A stretch of 64,000 bases of DNA from Catajapyx aquilonaris. Lineage: Eukaryota. The notes below the pieces were generated by a model. It saw only the letters and a list, made by a program, of their open reading frames with translations, was not told where the DNA came from and made no database searches. The stretch lies in assembly GCA_000934665.2 (NCBI GenBank), contig JYFJ02000417.1, forward strand, positions 1 to 64,000, read 5' to 3'. Made by a program: the position numbers and the translations under genes. Below are positions 11,878 through 23,700 of the stretch, piece by piece. Numbering within the stretch: the stretch's first letter is position 1; the number at the start of each line of letters is the position of its first letter.

Positions 11878-13537
11878 CCTGCTCTGTTCTTCGCTGACCC
11901 TTTCAACCCCTGACCTGCACGTACGGATTGCAAAGCACAGAAGAAGATTCTCAAGGATCGCACCCTGATTGCACCATTCTGCACCCAGATTAAATCGCTA
12001 TCGAAGAGATCTGCACATATTGACCCAATAGTGTTCCCGGAACGCTCTATCTCCACCACCTGGCAACAATCGCGAGGCTATAGTGATAAACATATTTTTA
12101 TATGTCGTAACTCTTGTTGGATGGTCGAATCCGTAACAAACGCGACTATTATACACGGGGTAAAAACTGATGATGAATCAACAACCGGCGGCTTATTCTT
12201 TGGCAGTTCATGAAAATTCATTGGGAAAATGGGGAGTGTCACCCGGATATCAAAATTCAAGTCACGATCACTTATCGGAACAAGATGATGCTTGTACAGG
12301 ATGACTCAGTTTGTCTCTCGAAACACTATATGAAACAAACATGCAATAATTGTTGAATGCACCTACACTCACCTATAGTGATTGGTGATCTACCCTGAAG
12401 TTCACTAGAGGTACTATCGGTGACTAATTTTTTTCAAGTAACGCAGGATGTTGCACTGTTTATTCTCTGCCGGTTATTGTTTCTTTATCCATAATCGCCC
12501 TGTAAAACATTACTCACAAGGTCGCCCCATTTCACAAGACTCGTCAATTTTTTCCCCTTCAGTGCCGGTTGGTTGCTGGAGCGAACAATCGGCGAACGTC
12601 TTTCCTTGAACCGGGCTTTATTTTATTCGATACGTGGGGCATATTTAATCCAGCTGATAACTAATATCTTCAACTGAGCAATTTCTATTTCTGCACATCC
12701 CAAGCCTGATGCCCGACCCTCCCTGTACTATGTGACATGATAGCATGTTGCTTAACAATAGCAATGCGACTAACGCTCAAAGTCCAAGGATGATCAGTAC
12801 AGAAGGATCCGATATAGGGCAACAATGTGGCATAACTCACCAGTACACACCTGCTCCTCTGTACACCACCTGTTAAACCGGCTGTACAGCACACTTCTAG
12901 CGATAGACGTGCTACGAATAGAATCATAGTTTTGCAGCCGGTATCAGACAGTATCGCAATGCGCAGCTTCCTTCCGGATTATATTGGCTCCGATTCCTCT
13001 CCGGAACAGCAATAATAGCCTCGATAGGCGCGTCTACCAGAAAAATGCAATAGTCCCGGAAGAAGTTTGTCGCATGCTGGGCATCGATATCTGCGGGGGG
13101 GAAACCCACGAATTGTTCTCTCCAGCAACCATGGGGGACCACCCATATTTTTTTAAATAAAAAAATACATAATATGAGCTCCCAACTGACCTGCTGTACA
13201 TGTTGCTTGAGACTCAGGCTCGTTCGCACCAAACTAATAAGCTCAATAATATTTCTTTAACGCACCCAGCACCCACCCAATTCATGCTCCGGAAGCTCCA
13301 TATGTCATTTTATTAGTGTACAAAAGCCGGCATATTTTTTTCTCCCCATCGCCCTTTAAAGCCAGCCTTGGACTCTTGTTGAGTCAGTTTCCTCCGATAG
13401 TATAAGATATACGATTTCACCCACAAATACATTTCATCAACAATGATGTGTGGCAGGATATATAAATAGATGAACGTTGGGGTTGCATACTTCTACGATT
13501 TTAATGCCAGTTTACATATTATTCCAAGGCGTGTGAA

Positions 13538-14409
13538 TCACGTGGATGATGGGGCAGCAGCAGGTAGCACGTTCTGGACATAGTTGTTGGTGACATTTCC
13601 AGGCGGGTCGTAGTTGCACACCGCGATCACCTTTCCTCCTTTGCCTCGAGCAAAAGCAGTGCCCAGATTCTCCGTGTCCTTCCACACAACCTGGGTGAAG
13701 TGACCTGCAAAGAACGTTACACTTGAAAGAAGCGCTACATATCGTGATAAAGCGATTCAACAGGCTGCCTTTGTAACTCCCTCGGGCCAACGCTTTGAAA
13801 TGAATGTCTCAGTGGTACTGACCAGTCCCAGCTGGTGCCTTCTCGACACCGAAAGTGTACTGTTTGATCTCGTTGTACCATGAGTCCACTGCTGCTTTGG
13901 CGTTTGGCTTGAACTTCGGATCGGAGCTCCAGGCAGTGAACAAGTTCTCTCCATACACGCGATCTGGTCTGTGCTGGAACTTGTTCTCCTTAGCCAGCTT
14001 CGTGGCCCACTCCATCGCGTAGTCGCACAACTAATCAAATTATTAAAATGTCACACGTCCGAAATTAATAATTGTTCGGGGGTTACAAATGGCCATCCCC
14101 CTCCCCCATCCAATTCATCATTTTGGACAGTGACCGATCGGTTACAAACGAATCGATTGACTTCTCAATGGCCACAACTCAATCTCTCTGCTGCTTTATT
14201 GGAATTTGCAGGTACAGCACTTACCTTCTGGTTGTGGTTAAGTGGAGGTACGCCATGCATACGTCTGTACTCGTTGTGTACACGCAGCGCGTCCTGCACA
14301 AACTCTGCCTGGATCTGTCGTGTATAGAGTACACACCTTTATAATTACCCACCCTCCAAAAAATAACTATAGACACTGCGATACATACCTGGGCTTCTGG
14401 CGTCGCCAT
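13538..14409 (-). CDS. GLIPR2: GLIPR2/GAPR-1-like CAP protein, copy 2 (compact). Exons 14409-14389, 14314-14225, 14030-13823, 13704-13538
   Basis: MATPEAQ|IQAEFVQDALRVHNEYRRMHGVPPL..|LCDYAMEWA..YGENL..|GHFTQVVWKDT..VCNYDPPGN; intron positions match copy 1. Confidence 0.92.
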
Positions 14410-15154
14410 TTCGAAGAGCAACAATGGAATGTTCAACAATGCTCTGCTGCCACGCAACTGAGCAGACCGAAACTGCCCTTTTTGTTATATACACTCCCAT
14501 TTAAATAACTATAACGTACTTACGGTTAGCAGCAAACCAGGCTTACTTCCCCAACTTCCGCGCATGCTAATTGAAATTATATAGTGTACATAGCACTGTT
14601 CTTACCGGATACTTCATGATCGCTACATTACACGTGTGGCACGATCTCACCCAATATTTAACCAAGTATTCGCATTATCATAATTGAAGAAGGAAACTGC
14701 TGAAAAGGCGTTTAATTAGCTGTCAACATCGGGCATAAATTATACGCTCATTTTGTGTCCTGATTTGCATAAGAGCATTTCCAATCATAGCTCGCCAACA
14801 TTGGGCAAATGTTCGGTTGCGCACGGGCGTAACAACACATTATTTTAATTAAAGTCGATTCGAAGTACTTGTGGGCATACACCGGCATACATACTCGTTC
14901 TTATTAGGCGCGAATATTTCTCAATCGATTTAAAGTGGCGCCGTTGAGCAGGGTTGCCAATATGTTATCTCAATCTGTGTACACTTAATAATTAAACTGT
15001 ACTTGTAAAAAAAAATTAGTAGTTCATAATTGACAAAAAAAAGTAGCGCCTTTTTAAAAGCAGGATTGCCAAGAGACACATTGGCAATCCTGGTTTTTGC
15101 TTCCAACCAATCAGCGCTCGACACCTGAAATCGAACGAAATCATAAAAAAAAAG

Positions 15155-15921
15155 ATGGCGGCTCCCGGCAGCTGGATTTTCCTTCTGTCCACATTTATGG
15201 TGAGAAAATATCCGCATAAAAATCACTTTAAAAAAACATAACCTGCCCATATGCCATGCAGGAAAATATTTGCAAACATTGCGCACATAAATATGGCAGA
15301 AATTATTCTCAGAACGTACACAGGTTATTGTACGGAACCAACCTGTTTTAATTGTCATTTTGTACTGTTAATAATTGCAAGGTGTGGACATGCCGGAGCA
15401 TGTGCGAATCGTTGGGTGAGACTTATTCGGCAGAGGATTGCTGGTCGCTTGGTCTGAACCGAGCGAATCTGCCATGCTCGTCCTGCGTTCAGCTGGACCA
15501 GTTCGGTCTTCCGGATCTTCTGAAAGAAAACTGCGGACGGTGCTGCACAAAAGATGATCAGGATGAGAGGACGGGACAGAAGAGGTACGCTTCGGCACAG
15601 CTCGAAGTGTGCGGATGAAAATTGGGTGCCTTCCCGCAGGTGCAAGGTCAGTCGGATTGTTCCGCCTTACGTCCAAACATGTCTTAAATGGAATGTTTGT
15701 CCCCCGCAGCTTTTGTGAAAAGCGAGCGCCCGGGAAGGTTCCCCAACCTGCGCATCAAGTACGTGCGTGGGTCGGATCCTGTAATTAAGCTTATGGACGA
15801 GCATGGCGGGGTCCAGGAGACGCTGGCGATCGACAAGTGGAACACAGATTCAGTTGAGGAGTTCCTCCGAACATACCTCCTGTCCGAGGATGAGTGGCGG
15901 GCTGGATCCAACCAACTCTAA
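15155..15921 (+). CDS. SELENOF: Selenoprotein F (Sep15). Exons 15155-15199, 15382-15646, 15710-15921; Sec codon TGA at 15616-15618
   Basis: Signal-peptide-like start, Cys-rich CSSC/CGRCC region, LEVCG-U-KLGAFPQVQAFVKS, YVRGSDPVIKL, IDKWNTDSVEEFL. Confidence 0.97.
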
Positions 15922-15996
15922 GCCGTTCAAATCATCAATATAATGCGGGGAAAGCGTCAATTCCAAAGTGCGGGACTGAACACGCTCATGTTACGC

Positions 15997-16040
15997 ATGA
16001 CGTGTGGACCATAAAGCCGACAGGTCGGGTCCACGCTGAA
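15997..16040 (+). promoter_or_regulatory. Eukaryotic SECIS element (form 2) in the SELENOF 3' UTR
   Basis: AUGA-C, helix GUGUGGACC/GGUCCACGC, unpaired AAA, apical ministem CCGAC/GUCGG, 3' UGAA quartet; AATAAA at ~16093. Confidence 0.92.
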
Positions 16041-16323
16041 TTTCCCCCAACATGGGCAGGTCCGTTCTCGCTCCTGGGAATTATTTTCTCGAAATAAAAC
16101 TATTTGTAACAACGTCACAATTTTTTTTTTAATTAAGTAAAGGGGGAGTTGCAGGATGGGGGTTGGACCCACGGCCCCAAAACGGGTCAATAGGTCATCC
16201 GAAGTGTGGATCCAAACCCCGCCCTTTCTAAGCGGGAACCAGACTTGGCTCCAATTGAACATTCGGAGCCCTTGCTAGACTAGAACGGGGTATGATTGTT
16301 GGAAAAATAATTGATGGGGGGTG

Positions 16324-16900
16324 TTACTGAAAGTTCTCTTGGGGAGGCGGACCGTTGAAGGGGCTTCCTCCAGGTTTAGGCGGCAGGATGGATGGGTCTT
16401 CCAGTGTGGGCTGGACAGGTCTGAACTGGTCGGCCGTGAGCCGGGTGAAGACGATCCCGACTCCTTCTATGAGGGCCAGTAGCACTCCGCCGATAACTGC
16501 GCTTCCGGCCATCGCTGGGAGGCCGTTTCTGGCAGCCAGAATTCCGCCGGTGGCCGCCCCGCTTATGATCGAATTCCATGGATCTTCCTTCTTCCGCAAT
16601 CCAACCTGTAATTGCATCGTGTGATTATCCTTCCCAATTGCGTACACCAGCTGGACTTGCCAGGCAACAGTCGATTGTGCTGAACATCCCGCCCCATACG
16701 GCGAAGTTCCCGCCGATGATGGGTGCCCGTTCCTTGACGGCTGCGATGGACCCCAGCATCCTCCTCCTGGCTCCACTCGGTGCGTTCCGGAAGCCCTTGA
16801 TGGCCTGGAAGATTGAGCCGCCCAGTGCCCCCATCATGAAGGCCCCGCCGCAGTCGTCCACCACCCGCCATGGGCACGGCTCACGTGCATACTCCTCCAT
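16324..16900 (-). CDS. TIMM17: Mitochondrial import inner membrane translocase Tim17. Exons 16900-16661, 16605-16324
   Basis: [21 protein letters not shown]...[16 protein letters not shown]...[25 protein letters not shown]. Confidence 0.97.
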
Positions 16901-17797
16901 TGCAGCTCAGCCTAACTGCAACACCCACAATTAATCAGTAATAATTACTGATTGTAGTTTGGGAACAAACTTGGAGCAAATATTAATTATTAATATTTGC
17001 TCCAAGTTTGCCCCAAATTAGAACAGAACCACTAGAACACCGCAGTAACTTATCCAGATTGTTACATCACACATCCTAACTACAAACCAGCAGTTTCCCA
17101 GCACGTGTTGACCTTGTTGCGACCTGGTCTGACCTCTCTGAAGCTGTGTAGGGTCACAGGTCACCTTGTTTAATCCCGAGCTGACCCAAAAAATGTGACC
17201 AAAAATTTACCACACGAGTTCGGCCATATTGGAATCAAAGATGGACGCCAAGCTTCCTGCCATCGCCGTTTGGCGTCGCTCACCCCTCGAGCACATTCCA
17301 ACCGAATTAATTAATAACAATTAATATAATTATATAAAAAAATCCACATTTTTAATACCGCATTTTAACAGCCACAATTCGAGTTTAATTTGTACTGGAA
17401 CAGTTTGTTGATTTTTTTTTTTTTTTTTTTGGAACGAGTCGCCATTTTGGAAGCTTCGCCTTTTGTGTTCTTTTTCCCGGCTTGGGAGCGTCGATTTCCA
17501 GTGTTTCTCTGGTTAAATTCGGAGCCAAAACCAGGTAAGAACTGGTTGCAGGAGAGGTCAGAGGTCAGGTCGGGCCAGGAAAAGTCGAAAACATGGGGGT
17601 GGTGCCCAAAGGTCTGTTCGAATATGGAAAAAAACAAAAATCGAATTCTCTGGAAAATAATACAGATGATAATAATAATAATGGCAGTGTTCAAATATGA
17701 ATTAAAATAATCAGGGCCCACATGCAGTGTTCGAATATAAATGTGTTCAAATATGAATAAAAATATAATAATGCAATGTATGTTGTTGCAGTGAAGA

Positions 17798-20700
17798 ATG
17801 TCGGGGTACCACAACATGGGTGGGCGTATGGGCCACCAGCAGAACTATCGTGGAGACGAGAGGAGGCCGATTGACCCCTGGGAGAGTGGTCCGCCGTTGG
17901 GTGGACCCGGTGGTGGAGGGATGCTGGGCTCGGGGCTTCTGCCAAACCCGAACGCAGGCGGGGGCGACCAGAACAGGCAGGCCAGCAGACTGCTCAACCA
18001 GATAAACCAGATAAACTCGACTGAGGCGCAACTTGCGATCGCAAACAACTTACTGAGCCTGGTGCTCCAGCCGGCCCAGCATGCGCAGCAGCAGCAGCAG
18101 CCGTTGCTCAACCTGGCCGCACTGACTCAGCTTGGAAACAGGAACATGTCCAGCGGGATGGATCTGGACGGAAGGGGCTTGCTGGGGGACGGGCCGGAAT
18201 ATCGGGCCCAACGTGAAGTTGCGATTTACGACCAGCATCAGCAGTATGAGTATGAGATGCCCCCAATGCACCACCAGCAACAGCAGAACCGAGGGTTCAG
18301 GGTAAGGGCATGTTACGGTTGCCATTTTGGGAGCAGGTCTTGGGCGCAGAGAGTCGTCTTCTGTTGATGTCCTCTTGTCTTCTGGAGAATTTCACACAAA
18401 TGGGAACAAGCAGTGTGTGGTTGAATGTATTCTTCATTCAGATCTTGGGTCGATTAGCTGTGCAGAATTCCTACACCATCGGGGCAGCCTAGATGATCCA
18501 GCACAATTTCTGTGCCACTGATTTCATGCTCGACCTTTGTGGGGCGGGCAATTCTATCAGATTCTATGCTTCACACTTCTTCTGATCTAGAAGTTCAGTT
18601 CAAAACCATATCAAAAGATACGCTAGCCTCACACAGTTCAGATTTTATAGACAGGTTTGCACAAGGTGCTAACACAACGTTCCGTCACACGCATGAGTGC
18701 AAGCATCGACTGTAAAGCGAAATCCCTTACACTTTTAAACGTATTCCGACATTTCTTCTCGTCATTATGCTGCCCCTTTCCTTTGCGAAAAAAAATCTGC
18801 TTTCAAGCAGGAGTTGATATGGTTTTGAATGTGAATAGGTACCAAGGTGTGTGTGCGTGTTTCAGGGCCCGCCAGATGGGCCAGGAGGGCTAAGGGGCAT
18901 GCAGGGAGGATATCACGGAGGAAGAGGAGGTGGTATGGCCGGAGGGAAGAGGAATTCCAGAGGAGGCCCTGCCCAGGGCGGAGGAGGGCAAGGGAGGCGC
19001 CCGTACAGCCAGGCACAGTCTTCTGATCGATCTGGGTTCAAAGGTGGGATGCAGCAGGGGGGTGGGTCCCAACGGGGAGGAGGCCATGTTGGCCCAAAGG
19101 TCTCGCCCAGCAAGGGAGGAAAGGACCAGAAGATCAACCCAGGCCGACCAGCCCAGCAGAGCAAGCCTAGGTAAGGGGCTAACCACACCGCGGTCAGTCT
19201 CGTCTGACCAGGTGGAAATATATTTTACCATTGAGTCCCAAGCATCGTTACATTTTCATCTCCTTCCTGCTGCTGGGATTTCCACAGCCTCAATTCCTGC
19301 TTTAAACTTACTTCCAAGAGTTGAAGGAATGTGTGTGTGTGTAATTCATATTAAACTTCTGCGATGAGTTTAGTCCTAATTGAAGCTTCTTAAGTTTTGA
19401 TGTCACATTCCCAATATGATCTGGGCAATGAACAAATTTAAAAAAATCAATATTTTTTAAACTTTGAAACTCCCCACTTTGCCAAATGGCAGCTTCTTAT
19501 GTACCAATAAACGTAGAGGACTTTCTTGCCGTGGTATGCCTTCCAATCAAAGTGCACACACATAGGAAAATACTTGGGGTGAGAGCCTCGGTCTCGGAAC
19601 AAAATGTGCGTTTCTTCTATATCTGCAAACGTATCATGAGTGTGTGTCACTATGAAGTGTCCTCATGAGTATGTAATAACAAGACATAATGTAAATTCCC
19701 AGCAATCTCATTCAATTGCGGAGGCATTTGTCCGTAAAATGGGTTACCTTCTTGACAGATAAAAAAGATTCACATGTATTCCTTCTCAAGGCCTCTTCAT
19801 TTACTGTGATGAAACATTACACTTTGTCTCTTCAAGACTAACCCGATTCATTCGCAAGAACTTCTAAGCAATGGAAGAAGAAAAAAGAGTGACATGTTTT
19901 TCTGCCACAATGTGACTTCCAAGTCTTATCGCAACACTGATATGGAACAGTTTATTAAGTGCTGGATTTTACGGCCTGTCCGCTGAAGGCTTTCTACTCA
20001 CAAAAGACTTTATCCAACGTGAGATTATTTCCTCGCAATCAATTTCAGTGGTGAGGCCTATTGTCACAAAAATTTATTTCAAGACCTAATCATTTTTGTC
20101 CACTGTACGATTGCCAGGAGTCACGTAGGGACATTAAAACATTGATTACATCACAAGTGGGGAAAAAAATGGAAAGTGGGGAAATATTTCCCAAACGCCG
20201 CTTCAACTGATCCCTCCGTCATCCCTGTGCCTCTCGGCTTCAGTTGGATCCTCGAATAAAAAAAGGACAGTTTCCGCCAACATAAGGCTGCATAAATTCA
20301 GTCTCATCAAAAGGGAGACGATGGCTCCAGCTGCAGTTTAATGGCGACGGACGAGATTGCACTTTGAAGCGTAGAAATGTTGAAGTAATTTTGTAATGCG
20401 TACTGGTCGACTTGTCTACCTTTTTTGGTTGCCTTGTTGCGTTGGTCATGTGCTGAGTCGATTCCTGCAGGGATGGGGCGGAGGAGGAAAAGATGTCGGA
20501 AGGAGGCATGTCTGAGAAGCAGGACCAGGGTGCACCAGATGATGGAAGGACTGCCCACTACTACGGCGTCCCAGCGTCTCTGCTGCACTGCCACGTGTGC
20601 GAGAAGAACATGTGGGACGGAGTGGTGAGTGTTGCAAACCAGTCTTGAGGATAAGCTCCTTGTTATCCCTTACCGTTTCTTCTTCTTCCAGTCCTTTGAA

Positions 20701-23700
20701 AACCACTTGAAGGGCCAGGGCCACAACATGATGATGGACAAGTTGCAGCAGGGGCACGAGATCGAGTGCGAGCTGAAGCGCTCCAAGATTCAGATGGCCG
20801 AAGAACAGAAGCTGAGTAATGCAATCCGGCTGCACAAGTCGGGGAAAGGCCGAGGTGGTGCGGCCATAACACGCGGCGAGTTCTGCCGAATGTGTAACCT
20901 GCAAGTCGTTGGATCGCTGGTCGAGCATCGCAAGTGCTCGTACCATCAGGAACTGAAGCGGTTTCTGCATCCGCATTGCAAGCTGTGCGACAAGGAGTTT
21001 ACGATCAGGATAGCCTGGGAGAAGCACTTGCTTTCGGGTCAACATCTGCGGGTGAGTGATCTTTGCATCAGCAGCATGCAGCATGTACTCACGATTGTTT
21101 TGGTAGGCAAAGGCGACTGACATGAAGAAGAACAAGGCAGAGGAAGCGGAAGTCAAGCCTGACGATGGAGAGAAAAGTGCTAAAGGGGATCCGGAGGGAG
21201 CCAAGCCTCCCAAGCGACCCAAATTGGACGAGTCCCCTGGTGCTGCAAAGTTCAAGCCTCCGGGTGCATCAGCAGCAAAGACCGCCCGCCCTCCTACGGA
21301 CACAAGCTCTCAATCCTCCCACAGAGACCCTATTTGTGAGCATGAAATGAACATCTGTAGACGTAACTCTTGATTTAATTGCCATCTGCTTATCTTCAGG
21401 TGTGTGGGCCGTGCAGGAGATCAAGGGTTGGATCTGCACCAAGTGCCGCATGTTCTTCCGAAGGGAGGGGGAGGCCAAGGATTTGCACTGCCGCAGTCGC
21501 CACCATTACCAGAGCTGCAAGGTCGAGGAGGTAACGTTACATGCTTTTATGGATAATGCTGGCTTCTCACGGACAAACTAGTAATACTGAACTGTCAATC
21601 TTCAGAAGAATACGCCGATCAAGAAGGACGCGGAGGACGCGGAGGATGCGACAGAGGAGGAGAGCATTTCGACCAACAACAACACCCAGGAGGCCAATTG
21701 GGTGAGTTACGATTTATGTCACAGCTGATGAGACATGTTGAACCTCACACATTTTTAGTATGCAACATTATTTTGATGTCGTGCATGAGTTTTACTCTAG
21801 GAGGCTCGACCACTCACGATTTAAAAGTTGTCAGATTAGTTCATGCGCGACGTCTAATTACTTTCAATGTTGGTTTGAGTGTCGTGAGTGTTAGTTCTGC
21901 TTGTTGATTTCATATGCTGCTTAATTTGGGATGTCTTGCGGAATTATTCTTCTGCGAGTGTCTGTGCAGTTTGTTTTATTTTTCTCCAAATTTTTGGGAG
22001 TGGAATTGGTGAAGACCCCCCCGCCATTCACATAACCAGTGTCCCAACATATTCCATGCCAGTATTTGCTCAATAATGTGCACCTGAAGTACATAACGTC
22101 ATCGCACTTTCTGACAAAGGTCAAAGCAGGTTGCAAAAGAAAGTTCTGGAAATTACACGAAACGAAGCTAGTAATGTTCCTTCTGTAGGATGATGATGAT
22201 GATGATGACATCCAGGACGATAGTGGGAATTGGAAGCGTCGAGCTCAAGCCAGATCCGCACCAAATTCAAATGAGCCTGCATCTTCAGAGCAGGTGGGAC
22301 ACACATTACCCGCATTTGTCTCGTTTTGTTTGAACAAAGCCTTTGGGGGTCTTCACTCTCTTGCGTTCCTTTCAAAGCATGTGGAATGCCTTGTCTGTCC
22401 TCTTTTTTTCTTGCATGTTTTCCTCCCTCATGTGTAGTTCTGTGTGGTTTACAGCTTCACAAATTATGTGGCAATTTCACGTGCGATTTACATTTGGGTA
22501 AATCGAATCATAAGTTCAGCTTTTTTGGGGCATAATGGCAGGGTAGACCAATAAATTTCCTTTCAGATGCAATTCGCTTGGCCTGTCGTCTCACCATTGT
22601 TGTCACTGTTCGATAGTAATTATGCCGACAGTTAATCACATGTCTGCGGAAACATTCTGGGGACAAATATTTCCGCAAATTTCTCCCCATCATTCATCTG
22701 CTGCTAGCAACTTCTATGCTGTCGCCACGGATAAAAAGTGTCTTACATTCCAACACCTAGACACATTCATGTCATCGTCATTATTTTTGTCCATCAACCC
22801 TTCCTCTCCAAACGTGTTTTCTAATGTGCTTCATGTGTGTCTCGTCCAACAGCAAACCTTCTTTATTTTCACAATCATTGTTCTAATCCAACTGCGATTA
22901 ACCGAACAGTGTTGATTTCCATTCGACTGATGTGCTGTCCTCATGTGCTGTCCTCGGTCACTTTACAGGCTCGCCATGTCCCAACACTTGCTGGAAAATT
23001 CCAGGTCTGGAACTACTAACGTACGACATGTTCCTGCAAAAGCCGAGAAAGCCAGTGAAGCTATACTTTGGCATGGGAATATTCAAGAAACAATTTTTAA
23101 AAATATGAGAGATCCTGCCTCAGGGTACCACAGGAAATGCTGATCTGCCGCAATTACTGGCCAATTATTTTTCAAATGTTCAACTTATATTCAACTTGAT
23201 CATGAAATGATGGTTTTTTAAAATGTAGTACTAGTAAAGTGAAGAAAAAAAAAAGCCACACAGAAACCACGTTACTTGGTTGATACTTAGGCCGGTAGTA
23301 AGGGAAACTAATTTTTTTGTCTTCTGACCAAGGAGGTTTTAGGTTCTGGAGGGGCCCTTAGATACCCTGGCCATGCAAACGCATAACGCCAGTGACAAAC
23401 TCCGCCCCCCTCTGGCGGCCATTGGAACGATGACGCGGCAATTCAAATCACTAAATTCCCGGAAACCTGGTTTCCCTCTCCCCTTCCCTTCAAGGCTGAA
23501 TCAAGCCGTTACGGGCAACATCTACTACACACTGTACGTACTCCTGTCATACTCCCATAATGACTTGGAAAAAGTGTGACTTACATTTTTGAACTCCATG
23601 GTGTGAAGCAGCCAGGAAGCAACATATCAGGGGGGGATATTAAGACTGTGGAAGAAGAAAGAAACCCCCATGCCAAGTTGTAAATTTTTATTAGACATGA

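Noticed and set aside
20446..21303. 285-aa antisense ORF
   Set aside because: Shadow of Pep coding exons; crosses introns and shows no motifs
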